Part shown: piece after piece, positions 22,561 to 30,247 of the stretch
How positions within the stretch are numbered: position 1 is the first letter of the stretch
How the letters are laid out: each line of letters opens with the position of its first letter
Assembly: GCA_937129145.1 (NCBI GenBank)
Contig: CAKZMU010000009.1
Coordinates: forward strand, 80,551 to 144,550
Direction: 5' to 3'
From: an uncultured Lacinutrix sp.
Lineage (GTDB): Bacteria; Bacteroidota; Bacteroidia; Flavobacteriales; Flavobacteriaceae
Length of the DNA stretch: 64,000 nt
Translations under genes and position numbers: made by a program
The notes under the pieces: generated by a model
The model's database searches: none
Told to the model about the DNA's origin: nothing
The model's input: only the letters and a program-made list of their open reading frames with translations

Positions 22561-23013
22561 ATGAGTAATATTCGAATTACAAAACAGTTTTCATTTGAAA
22601 CAGGTCATGCGCTTTATGGTTATGACGGAAAGTGCAAAAATGTTCATGGTCACAGCTATAGACTATTTGTGACGGTTATTGGTAAACCTATTTCAGATAG
22701 CTCAAATGTGAAATTTGGAATGGTTATCGACTTTGGTGACCTTAAAAAAATAGTAAAAGAAGACATTGTTGATGTGTTTGACCACGCCACAGTTTTTAAT
22801 GAAAATACACCTCATGTAGAATTAGCAAAAGAACTTGAAGATAGAGGTCATAATGTATTATTGGTGGATTACCAACCTACAAGCGAAATGATGGTGATAG
22901 ATTTTGCATCTAAAATAAAAAAGCGTTTGCCTCATAATATTGAATTATTCTCATTAAAACTCCAAGAAACAGCAACCAGTTTTGCCGAATGGTTTGCAAG
23001 CGATAATGAATAA
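22561..23013 (+). CDS. queD: 6-carboxy-5,6,7,8-tetrahydropterin synthase (QueD / PTPS family)
   Basis: FSFETGHALYGY…CKNVHGHSY zinc-binding motif; 150 aa. Confidence 0.8.
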   Translation: MSNIRITKQFSFETGHALYGYDGKCKNVHGHSYRLFVTVIGKPISDSSNVKFGMVIDFGDLKKIVKEDIVDVFDHATVFNENTPHVELAKELEDRGHNVLLVDYQPTSEMMVIDFASKIKKRLPHNIELFSLKLQETATSFAEWFASDNE

Positions 23014-23776
23014 AGCTACGCACATAACAATTCCTCAAGGAAAGAAAATTTATTTTTCGTCCGACAATCATTTAGGTGCACCAACACAAGAATCTTCATT
23101 GCCTCGTGAGAAAAAATTTGTGGCTTGGTTAGACGAGATTAAAGAAGATGCGGCTGCTATTTTTTTGTTAGGCGATTTGTTCGATTTTTGGTTTGAATAC
23201 AAAAAAGTAGTGCCAAAAGGCTTTACAAGAACCTTAGGGAAACTTGCCGAAATATCAGATTCTGGTATTCCTATTTACTATTTTGTTGGCAATCATGATT
23301 TATGGATGAATGGCTATTTTGAAGAAGAGTTAGGTATTCCTGTCTTTCATAAACCACAAGAGTTTTTCTTTAATCAAACCTCTTTTTTAATTGGTCATGG
23401 CGATGGTTTAGGGCCTGGAGACAAAGGCTATAAGCGCATGAAAAAAGTATTTACCAATTCATTTAGTAAATGGCTGTTTCGTTGGCTACATCCAGACTTG
23501 GGTGTGCGATTAGCACAATATATGTCTGTGAAGAACAAATTGATTTCAGGTGATGAAGACGCTAAGTTTTTAGGAGAAGACAACGAGTGGTTAGTGCAAT
23601 ATTGCAAACGAAAGCTTGAAGAAAGTCATCGTGATTATTTTGTGTTTGGTCATCGACATTTGCCTTTGGAAATTGATTTAAAGCCCAATTCAAAATACAT
23701 CAATCTTGGTGATTGGATACGATATTATACGTATGGAGAATTTGATGGTGAAAAAATGAGTTTAAAGAAGTATTAA
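23006..23776 (+). CDS. LpxH-family metallophosphoesterase (UDP-2,3-diacylglucosamine diphosphatase-like)
   Basis: Calcineurin-like motifs (SDNHLG, GDLFDFW, GNHD, GHGD, GHRH), collinear with LpxH. Start chosen at the internal Met (MNKATHI), which overlaps the queD end by 8 nt. Confidence 0.6.
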   Translation: MNKATHITIPQGKKIYFSSDNHLGAPTQESSLPREKKFVAWLDEIKEDAAAIFLLGDLFDFWFEYKKVVPKGFTRTLGKLAEISDSGIPIYYFVGNHDLWMNGYFEEELGIPVFHKPQEFFFNQTSFLIGHGDGLGPGDKGYKRMKKVFTNSFSKWLFRWLHPDLGVRLAQYMSVKNKLISGDEDAKFLGEDNEWLVQYCKRKLEESHRDYFVFGHRHLPLEIDLKPNSKYINLGDWIRYYTYGEFDGEKMSLKKY

Positions 23777-24162
23777 TAACTGTTTTTTAAGCGGTATTTT
23801 AAAACCCAAACAACATAACTTCCTAAAACTAGTTCGCCAATAACTCCTATAATATAAGGTGATGTTGGTGTTCCGTCAAAAAACAGACTTAATAATCTTC
23901 CAATACCTAAACCCAACATGAAAACGATGTTAGATACAATTGCTATACGAAGATATTTAGATTTTATAATGCCTAAAATCCAAAGTAAAGAAAAGCCCAA
24001 ATATAAACCCATGAAAGCTTTAAAAGCATTTTTCTCATCGATTGTATCTAAATAGATATCAAATTCTAAATCAGGTTGAAAACCATAAATAATTGCTACT
24101 GGAATTACAATTATTAAAGAGATAATTAAATGAATCTTATTTATTATATCAGATTTTTTCAT
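23773..24162 (-). CDS. Small integral membrane protein (4 TM), hypothetical
   Basis: 129-aa hydrophobic ORF abutting the MFS gene. Confidence 0.5.
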   Translation of the reverse strand: MKKSDIINKIHLIISLIIVIPVAIIYGFQPDLEFDIYLDTIDEKNAFKAFMGLYLGFSLLWILGIIKSKYLRIAIVSNIVFMLGLGIGRLLSLFFDGTPTSPYIIGVIGELVLGSYVVWVLKYRLKNSY

Positions 24163-24164
24163 AA

Positions 24165-25433
24165 CTAATCCTCTTCTTCGTGTGCTTCTATATCCTTAGT
24201 CAAGTCTAGTTTTCTAAACGATGGCATAGCAATTCCTGTGGTAACAACCGTTAAAAGTGTCATTGTGCCGCCAAAAACCACAGCATTCACTGTTCCCATG
24301 AGTTTTGCTGTCAACCCACTTTCAAAAGCACCCAATTCATTTGAAGAGCCAACAAACATAGAATTAACCGACGACACACGACCACGCATATTGTCTGGTG
24401 TTTTTAATTGTAAAATTGTTTGCCTTATTACCATAGATACGCCATCAGTTACACCGCTAAAAAATAATGCTGCCACCGAAAGCCAAAATGAGGTGGACAA
24501 TCCAAATACAATGATGCTAATACCAAACCCAAAAATAGCGACAAGCAGTTTCATCCCTGCGTTTTTGCTTATTGGAATATAAGCTGTTACCAACATGGTT
24601 AAAAATGCACCAACGGATGGAGCTGCAACCAAAATACCAAAACCTTTGGGGCCTACTTTTAAAATATCTTCAGCAAATACCGCTAATAACGCAACTGCTC
24701 CTCCAAATAGCACCGAAACCATATCTAACGTAAGAGCGCCCAAAATGGCTTTCGTTTTAAAGACGAAGGACACGCCTTCCTTTAGACTTTTCATAATAGG
24801 TTCGCCTATTTTTGGGTTAAGAATAGGTTTCTTTTTTATTCTAAACACCACGAGAAAAGCAAAAACCACCAAGGCAAAAACAATACATAACGACCAGTGT
24901 ACACCAATCCAACTAATAGAAAACCCCGCAAAAGCGACACCTAAAACACGAGATATTTGCCAAGTAGAGCTGCTCCACGTTGCTGCATTTGGATATAATT
25001 TTTTTGGAACAATTAAAGCTACTAATGAAAAAACCGTAGGGCTAAAAAAAGCTCTTAAAATTCCACCAAAAAAAACTAGAGCATATATAGAGTACAAAAT
25101 AACCTGTTTAGACCAGGTTGCTTCAATTTTAGATGTAGTTAACCAAAACAATCCAAAACTTATTAATGAAAATGCAGCAATACACCTTGCTAATAAATTT
25201 CGCTTTTCTTGCTGATCTACAATATGTCCTGCAAAAGGAGCCATTAAAAACGCAGGTATAAATTCACAAGCCCCAATTATACCCAAAGACAAGGGATCTT
25301 TTGTAAGTGCATAAACTTGCCATTCAATAACTACAAATTGCATTGACCATCCAAAAATTAATGCAAACCTAATTACAAGAAAAATATTAAATTCTTTAAA
25401 TCGAAGTGACGCATAAGGGTCTTTTTTTGCCAT
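24165..25433 (-). CDS. MFS transporter
   Basis: 422 aa, ~12 TMs, MFS-like loop motifs. Confidence 0.8.
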   Translation of the reverse strand: MAKKDPYASLRFKEFNIFLVIRFALIFGWSMQFVVIEWQVYALTKDPLSLGIIGACEFIPAFLMAPFAGHIVDQQEKRNLLARCIAAFSLISFGLFWLTTSKIEATWSKQVILYSIYALVFFGGILRAFFSPTVFSLVALIVPKKLYPNAATWSSSTWQISRVLGVAFAGFSISWIGVHWSLCIVFALVVFAFLVVFRIKKKPILNPKIGEPIMKSLKEGVSFVFKTKAILGALTLDMVSVLFGGAVALLAVFAEDILKVGPKGFGILVAAPSVGAFLTMLVTAYIPISKNAGMKLLVAIFGFGISIIVFGLSTSFWLSVAALFFSGVTDGVSMVIRQTILQLKTPDNMRGRVSSVNSMFVGSSNELGAFESGLTAKLMGTVNAVVFGGTMTLLTVVTTGIAMPSFRKLDLTKDIEAHEEED

Positions 25434-25434
25434 A

Positions 25435-27126
25435 TTAAGATTTAATATCTCTCAATTTTAATTGTAACGATACTTTGCCGTTCCAATGGTTTTCATCAAC
25501 AGAATATACCGCTTTAAACAGTTTTCTGTTTTTTATCAAGCTCAGCTTGTCGCCTAACCCAAATCCTATACAGACTATTTTTTCTTTTCCTGATTGCGTA
25601 ACAGTAATTCGTAAATGTTTATCGTCTTCGCCAACACATTTGCCATAACCTGTATCTTTTAAATTATCTGTCATAAAAATCGGTGTCATATTTCCTGGAC
25701 CGAAAGGTGCAAATTGGTGCATAATGCGCATTAATTTATTATCAACTTGATGAAGATTAATTTTTAAGTCTATTTTAATCTCTGGAGTTAATAATGATTT
25801 GTTAATGGTTTTGGACACCTCATCTTCAAACGCTTGTTTAAAAGCATCGTAGTTTTCTTCCTTAAGTGTTAATCCAGCGGCATATTTATGTCCTCCAAAT
25901 TGTTCGATATGTTCACTACAAGCATCCAAAGCGTTATACACATCAAACCCTGACACCGAACGTGCCGAAGCTGCTAGCTTATCGCCGCTTTTGGTAAATA
26001 CCAAGGTTGGCCTATAATAAGTTTCGGTTAGCCTTGAAGCCACAATACCAATTACGCCTTTATGCCAAGTGTCTTGATAGACAACTGTTGTAAAGCGGTC
26101 TTGTTCATTGTTGTCTTCAATTTGTTGAAGAGCTTCAACAGTAATTTCTCTGTCTGCTTCTCGTCTATCTGTGTTGAATTCTTCTATTTCGGCAGCATAT
26201 TCTTCAGCTAATTTATAATCCATTTCAGTTAATAACGTCACCGCATAATTCCCATGTTTCATACGTCCAGCAGCGTTTATTCTTGGAGCGACAATAAACA
26301 CGACATCAGTAATCGTAAGTTCTTCCTTTTTAACCTGGTTGATAATAGCTTTAATGCCTGGTCTTGGATTGGAGTTAATCACTTGTATACCAAAATAGGC
26401 CAAAGCTCTGTTTTCACCAGTAATAGGAACAATATCGGCTCCAATTGCTGTGGCAACCAAATCTAAGTATTCAGCTAAATCTTCAACTTCTTTTCCTTCA
26501 TTTGAAGCCAAAGCTTGAATCAGCTTAAATCCAACACCACAACCACACAATTCTTTATATGGATACTCACAATCCTCACGTTTTGGGTCTAAAACTGCAA
26601 TTGCTACAGGCAATTTATTTCCTGGTCTGTGGTGGTCGCAAATAATAAAATCAATTCCTTTTTCTTTAGCATAAGCCACCTTATCTATGGCTTTTACGCC
26701 ACAGTCTAAGGCAATAATAAGTGTAAAATCGTTATCGTGAGCAAAATCAATACCTTTGAAGGAAACGCCATAACCTTCGTCATACCTATCAGGAATATAG
26801 GTGGCAATATTTTCTGACCGCGTTTTTAAGTAGGAGGACATTAAGGCTACAGACGACGTTCCATCCACATCATAATCGCCATATACTAAAATATTTTCGC
26901 CTTGAAGAAGTGCTACTTCAATTCTAGAAACAGCCAAATCCATATCCTTCATCAAAAAGGGATTGTGTAAATCGCTGAAGCTTGGTCTAAAAAACGTTTT
27001 GGCATCCTCGTAAGTTTCAATGCCTCGTTGTAGCAATAAAGTTGCCACCACATCATCTACTTGAAGTGCCTCTTTTAATGCTGCTACTTTGGCAGCTTCA
27101 GGTTTTGGTTTGAGCGTCCAGCGCAT
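25435..27126 (-). CDS. recJ: Single-stranded-DNA-specific exonuclease RecJ
   Basis: DHH motifs (YGDYDVDG, DHH at IICDHHRPG), DHHA1 region (GGH…AAG); 563 aa. Confidence 0.9.
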   Translation of the reverse strand: MRWTLKPKPEAAKVAALKEALQVDDVVATLLLQRGIETYEDAKTFFRPSFSDLHNPFLMKDMDLAVSRIEVALLQGENILVYGDYDVDGTSSVALMSSYLKTRSENIATYIPDRYDEGYGVSFKGIDFAHDNDFTLIIALDCGVKAIDKVAYAKEKGIDFIICDHHRPGNKLPVAIAVLDPKREDCEYPYKELCGCGVGFKLIQALASNEGKEVEDLAEYLDLVATAIGADIVPITGENRALAYFGIQVINSNPRPGIKAIINQVKKEELTITDVVFIVAPRINAAGRMKHGNYAVTLLTEMDYKLAEEYAAEIEEFNTDRREADREITVEALQQIEDNNEQDRFTTVVYQDTWHKGVIGIVASRLTETYYRPTLVFTKSGDKLAASARSVSGFDVYNALDACSEHIEQFGGHKYAAGLTLKEENYDAFKQAFEDEVSKTINKSLLTPEIKIDLKINLHQVDNKLMRIMHQFAPFGPGNMTPIFMTDNLKDTGYGKCVGEDDKHLRITVTQSGKEKIVCIGFGLGDKLSLIKNRKLFKAVYSVDENHWNGKVSLQLKLRDIKS

Positions 27127-27147
27127 GAATTGATTTTGAGTAAATTC

Positions 27148-27570
27148 CTATTTATCGTGGTAATGTATTTCTATGTCTAATTTTGAAAACTGACGAAACA
27201 TTTCCATCACGCCACAGTATTTTTCAACCGAAAGATCAACGGCTTTTTTTATTTTCTTCTCGTTTAAATCCTTTCCGTAAAAGTGATAATCTAGTTTCAC
27301 TTTGTGAAAATATTTAGGGTGTTCTTGCGTTAATTCGCCTTCTACATCCATTTTAAACTCATAGTCAGTAACTTTCATTTTTTCTAAAACCGAGACCACA
27401 TCCAATCCTGAACATCCTGCAAGCGCAGACAACATCATGGATTTGGGAGATACTCCAAATCGTTCGTCTGAACCTTCAACTTCCGTATCCATTATAACTG
27501 AATTTCCTCCTGGATCATCAGATTCAAAAGTCATTCCTCCATTCCATTCAGCAGTGATTTTTCTAAACAT
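27148..27570 (-). CDS. OsmC/Ohr-family peroxiredoxin-like protein
   Basis: 140 aa; conserved Cys pair (ALAGCSG…YCGV) typical of OsmC. Confidence 0.75.
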   Translation of the reverse strand: MFRKITAEWNGGMTFESDDPGGNSVIMDTEVEGSDERFGVSPKSMMLSALAGCSGLDVVSVLEKMKVTDYEFKMDVEGELTQEHPKYFHKVKLDYHFYGKDLNEKKIKKAVDLSVEKYCGVMEMFRQFSKLDIEIHYHDK

Positions 27571-27637
27571 ATCTAAATAATTTTTCGTTTATTGTTAGTT
27601 CAAAAATACTACTTAAAAACTAAAATAAATTAAGAAT

Positions 27638-28240
27638 ATGGCATTAGTAACACCACTTAACCCTAATCATGATGAGGAAACCAAAAAACTTTCAGATTTC
27701 TACAATGAAACGCTTGGGTTTTGTCCAAATTCGGTACTCACAATGCAACGTCGTCCAGCCATTTCAAAAGCATTTATTAATTTGAATAAAGCGGTAATGG
27801 CAAATGAAGGTCGTGTGACTTCTGCCTTAAAACGCATGATTGCTTGGGTGAGTAGTAACTCAACTGGTTGCAGATATTGTCAAGCGCATGCCATAAGAGC
27901 TGCAGAACGTTATGGCGCTGAACAAGAACAATTAGATAATATTTGGGAATACCGAACACATCCTGCTTTTAACGAAGCTGAACGTGCTGCGCTCGATTTT
28001 AGTTTAGCAGCTTCTATGGTGCCTAATGCTGTTAATGAAGATATTAAAGCGAGATTACATGAACATTGGGATGATGGTGAAATTGTAGAAATGCTCGGTG
28101 TTATAGCGCTCTTTGGTTATCTCAATCGTTGGAATGATAGTATGGGAACCAATATTGAAGAAGGTGCTGTTGAAAGTGGCGAACAGTACTTAGGCAAACA
28201 CGGTTGGAATGAAGGCAAGCATGATGGGTCACAATATTAA
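27638..28240 (+). CDS. Carboxymuconolactone decarboxylase-family (AhpD-like) protein
   Basis: CxxH-type motif GCRYCQAHA in a CMD-fold context. Confidence 0.7.
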   Translation: MALVTPLNPNHDEETKKLSDFYNETLGFCPNSVLTMQRRPAISKAFINLNKAVMANEGRVTSALKRMIAWVSSNSTGCRYCQAHAIRAAERYGAEQEQLDNIWEYRTHPAFNEAERAALDFSLAASMVPNAVNEDIKARLHEHWDDGEIVEMLGVIALFGYLNRWNDSMGTNIEEGAVESGEQYLGKHGWNEGKHDGSQY

Positions 28241-28836
28241 ATTTGCATCGTATAGTATAAAAATCACATATTTGCACCTAGAAATGAAAAACACAATAGT
28301 ACATAACGCACCTAAATCACTGTTTTGCCAGTGGGATTATCGAGGAATAAGAGAATTATTCCTTCGGTCAAGGACGTTTTGTAGTTGTTTTAACTGATTT
28401 TTTATATACGATATAACTAAGAAAATCTATAATTATAACAAGCGTCCAAGAAATTGGGCGCTTTTTTTATTAAAAAAATCGAAGAATTTGAAAATAAATT
28501 TTAAAAACTAAAATATTAAGCATTGAAGAGTAAGCAATTGGGAGACAAACACTTGCACATAAACTCAAGTATCTGTTAAAAAACGGACAGGAATATCTTT
28601 GCTTAAACCCAACACAACTATTTGATTATCAATAAATTAAATTGAAGTTTTGCTTGTTTTTTAAAACATAGATTCTCATCTTTGCATCGCAGTTTTAAAT
28701 AACTACTGCAATACATATTAATAATTAAAAACAAGAAGCCATGCTAAAGTATATGATAGCATTACAACCCTTAGGTTATGATCTTGAGTCATTTACAAGG
28801 CTTCGGTATTTTCTGTAGATAATTTCCTAGAGAAGA

Positions 28837-28869
28837 ATCCGAAGCAAACAAACTGTTTCGGATTTTTTT
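28837..28869 (+). terminator. Orphan rho-independent terminator inside a ~700-bp noncoding gap
   Basis: ATCCGAAgcaaacaaactgtTTCGGATttttttt; no protein gene ends here. Confidence 0.45.
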
Positions 28870-28951
28870 ATTCCAAAATTTTAAGAGTACATCAATCTGG
28901 CAGTTTTAAGAGCATCATAAAAAATGGTGCATTTAAGACAATAATAAACTA

Positions 28952-29497
28952 TTGAATAAAACAAACATGGAAAATAATTTACACAACAACTATGTCTTTA
29001 AAGCTATGGACGCATATCCATACGAGCTTGAAGAAACATTGGAAGCATTAAACTATGCTTTATCATATAACAATAAAGATGCGCAAGCATTATGCTTAAT
29101 GGGACGTGTTTATGCTGAACAATTAAAAGATTACGAAACAGCTAAACAATATTTTGCTGAAGCTATTGCGCAACACATGGAAATGCCAAAAACATATCCA
29201 TTTTATATCCAAACTTTATTATGGAATGGTGATTATGAAGAAGCAGATAAATTAATAACATTTGGACTAACTGTAAAGGGTACTGACAAAGCTTTATTAC
29301 AATTATTACAAGGTATTCTTTTTGAAAAACAGGGGGATTTTAAGGCTGCTATCAAGGCATATAAAAAAGCTAATAAAACAGCAACAAACAACTGCTTTAT
29401 TGAATATGTGAATAATGAAATATCTAGGGTTAAAAAGAAAATGGACCCCAGAAAGAAGAAGAAAAAGAAGTCTAACAAAAAAAGAAAGGGGAAATAA
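28952..29497 (+). CDS. TPR-like hypothetical protein with a poly-lysine C-terminus
   Basis: 181-aa ORF; TPR-like helices; KKKKKKSNKKRKGK tail. Confidence 0.5.
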   Translation: MNKTNMENNLHNNYVFKAMDAYPYELEETLEALNYALSYNNKDAQALCLMGRVYAEQLKDYETAKQYFAEAIAQHMEMPKTYPFYIQTLLWNGDYEEADKLITFGLTVKGTDKALLQLLQGILFEKQGDFKAAIKAYKKANKTATNNCFIEYVNNEISRVKKKMDPRKKKKKKSNKKRKGK

Positions 29498-29501
29498 AAA
29501 A

Positions 29502-29526
29502 ATCGGCAATCTTGTCTTGCCGATTT
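29502..29526 (+). terminator. Hairpin (weak terminator) between the TPR gene and the tRNA array
   Basis: ATCGGCAAtcttgtcTTGCCGAT followed by tt. Confidence 0.4.
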
Positions 29527-29529
29527 AAT

Positions 29530-29613
29530 GGGAACTCGTCAACGTTGGAGAGTTGGTGCAGATTGTAAACCTGTTGCTTAAATGCTAAGAAAGTTCGAAT
29601 CTTTCAGTTCCCA
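29530..29613 (+). tRNA. tRNA-Tyr(GTA), class II (long variable arm)
   Basis: Acceptor GGGAACT/AGTTCCC, anticodon loop ttGTAaa, variable stem-loop cttaAATGCtaag, T-arm GAAAGttcgaatCTTTC; one A·C mismatch in the anticodon stem. Confidence 0.7.
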
Positions 29614-29627
29614 CAAATAAATAGATT

Positions 29628-29700
29628 GACAAGGTGGCTGAACGGTTAAGGCAACAGACTGCAAATCTGTTTTTTGTGAGTTCAAATCTCACCCTTGTCT
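29628..29700 (+). tRNA. tRNA-Cys(GCA)
   Basis: Acceptor GACAAGG/CCTTGTC, anticodon arm ACAGActGCAaaTCTGT, T-arm GTGAGttcaaatCTCAC. Confidence 0.85.
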
Positions 29701-29706
29701 CAAAAT

Positions 29707-29779
29707 AGTATCGTAGCTCAATGGCTAGAGCGCTCGGTTGTCTCCCGAGAAGTTGCGGGTTCGAATCTCGTCGGTACTG
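29707..29779 (+). tRNA. tRNA-Asp(GTC), noncanonical (A1:U72, U37)
   Basis: Acceptor AGTATCG/CGGTACT, D arm GCTCaatggctaGAGC, anticodon arm CTCGGttGTCtcCCGAG, T-arm GCGGGttcgaatCTCGT. Confidence 0.65.
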
Positions 29780-29780
29780 C

Positions 29781-29844
29781 GAAGCAGTTTAAGAGATGAG
29801 AAGTTTACCCTGAGCGTAGTCGAAGGGAATCTTGTCGGTACTGC
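29781..29844 (+). repeat. 46-nt conserved spacer module (…AAGAGATGAGAAGTTTAccCTGAGCGtAGTCGAAGg) followed by an 18-nt direct repeat (17/18 identical) of the tRNA-Asp T-loop-to-3'-end segment
   Basis: gaatctCgtcggtactgc at 29763–29780 recurs as gaatctTgtcggtactgc at 29827–29844; the intervening module is ~85–90% identical to the one at 30183–30226. Confidence 0.8.
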
Positions 29845-29848
29845 AAAT

Positions 29849-29931
29849 CTGGGAGGATAATCCCGAAGGTTCGGGAGTGGTTTACTCGCTTTGGAAGCGA
29901 GAGGTTGTAGGTTCAAATCCTACCTCTCAGA
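29849..29931 (+). tRNA. tRNA-Pro(TGG)-like gene with an aberrant 29-nt D region; possibly a pseudogene
   Basis: Acceptor CTGGGAG/CTCTCAG (one G·U pair), perfect anticodon arm CTCGCttTGGaaGCGAG, perfect T arm GTAGGttcaaatCCTAC. The D region is ~10 nt too long and contains the hairpin TCCCGAaggtTCGGGA. Confidence 0.45.
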
Positions 29932-29937
29932 CAAAAT

Positions 29938-30009
29938 ACTCCGTTAGTCAAATGGCTAAGACGCCTGACTTTCTATCAGGAATTAAGGGTTCAATTCCCT
30001 TACGGAGTA
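29938..30009 (+). tRNA. tRNA-Glu(TTC), noncanonical (A1:U72, U37)
   Basis: Acceptor ACTCCGT/ACGGAGT, anticodon arm CCTGActTTCtaTCAGG, T arm AAGGGttcaattCCCTT. Confidence 0.65.
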
Positions 30010-30014
30010 CACAT

Positions 30015-30100
30015 TGAGATATAGCTTAATTGGTAGAGCGTCGCTCTCATAAGGCGAATGGTTTAGGTTCTCCCGATAGTTATCGGGACTAATATCTCAA
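30015..30100 (+). tRNA. tRNA-Met/Ile2(CAT)-like gene with an 18-nt hairpin insertion in the T loop; possibly a pseudogene
   Basis: Acceptor TGAGATA/TATCTCA, D arm GCTTaattggtaGAGC, anticodon arm TCGCTctCATaaGGCGA. The T region is TTAG-gttc-[TCCCGATAgtTATCGGGA]-CTAA. Confidence 0.45.
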
Positions 30101-30106
30101 CAACAC

Positions 30107-30179
30107 GCAGGAATGGCGAAACGGCAAACGCACTCGACTTAGAATCGAGAAACTGGGAGTTCGAATCTCTCTTCCTGTA
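30107..30179 (+). tRNA. Class-I (short variable arm) tRNA with Leu anticodon TAG
   Basis: Acceptor GCAGGAA/TTCCTGT, D arm GCGaaacggcaaaCGC, anticodon arm CTCGActTAGaaTCGAG, variable region aaact, T arm GGGAGttcgaatCTCTC, A73. Confidence 0.55.
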
Positions 30180-30182
30180 CGA

Positions 30183-30246
30183 AGTAAGGAAAGAGATGAG
30201 AAGTTTATGCTGAGCGAAGTCGAAGTGAATCTCTCTTCCTGTACGA
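30183..30246 (+). repeat. 44-nt conserved spacer module followed by a perfect 20-nt direct repeat of the upstream tRNA's T-loop-to-3'-end segment
   Basis: gaatctctcttcctgtacga at 30163–30182 and again at 30227–30246; the module agtaaggaAAGAGATGAGAAGTTTAtgCTGAGCGaAGTCGAAGt is homologous to 29781–29826. Confidence 0.85.
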
Positions 30247-30247
30247 T

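Noticed and set aside
24238-25215. Two + strand ORFs (114 and 206 aa) inside the MFS transporter gene
   Set aside because: Antisense to a well-supported 12-TM coding region; low-complexity Thr/Pro/Ala translation.
29233-29509. Minus-strand ORFs 29233–29478 and 29306–29509
   Set aside because: Antisense to the TPR/poly-Lys gene; the poly-A/poly-T tract generates F/L-rich frames.
29781-29826. The 44–46-nt conserved module as a hammerhead or other small self-cleaving ribozyme
   Set aside because: It lacks the CUGANGA…GAAA hammerhead core and shows no convincing three-stem junction. The only consistent structure is a trivial GAA triloop at the tRNA/module junction.
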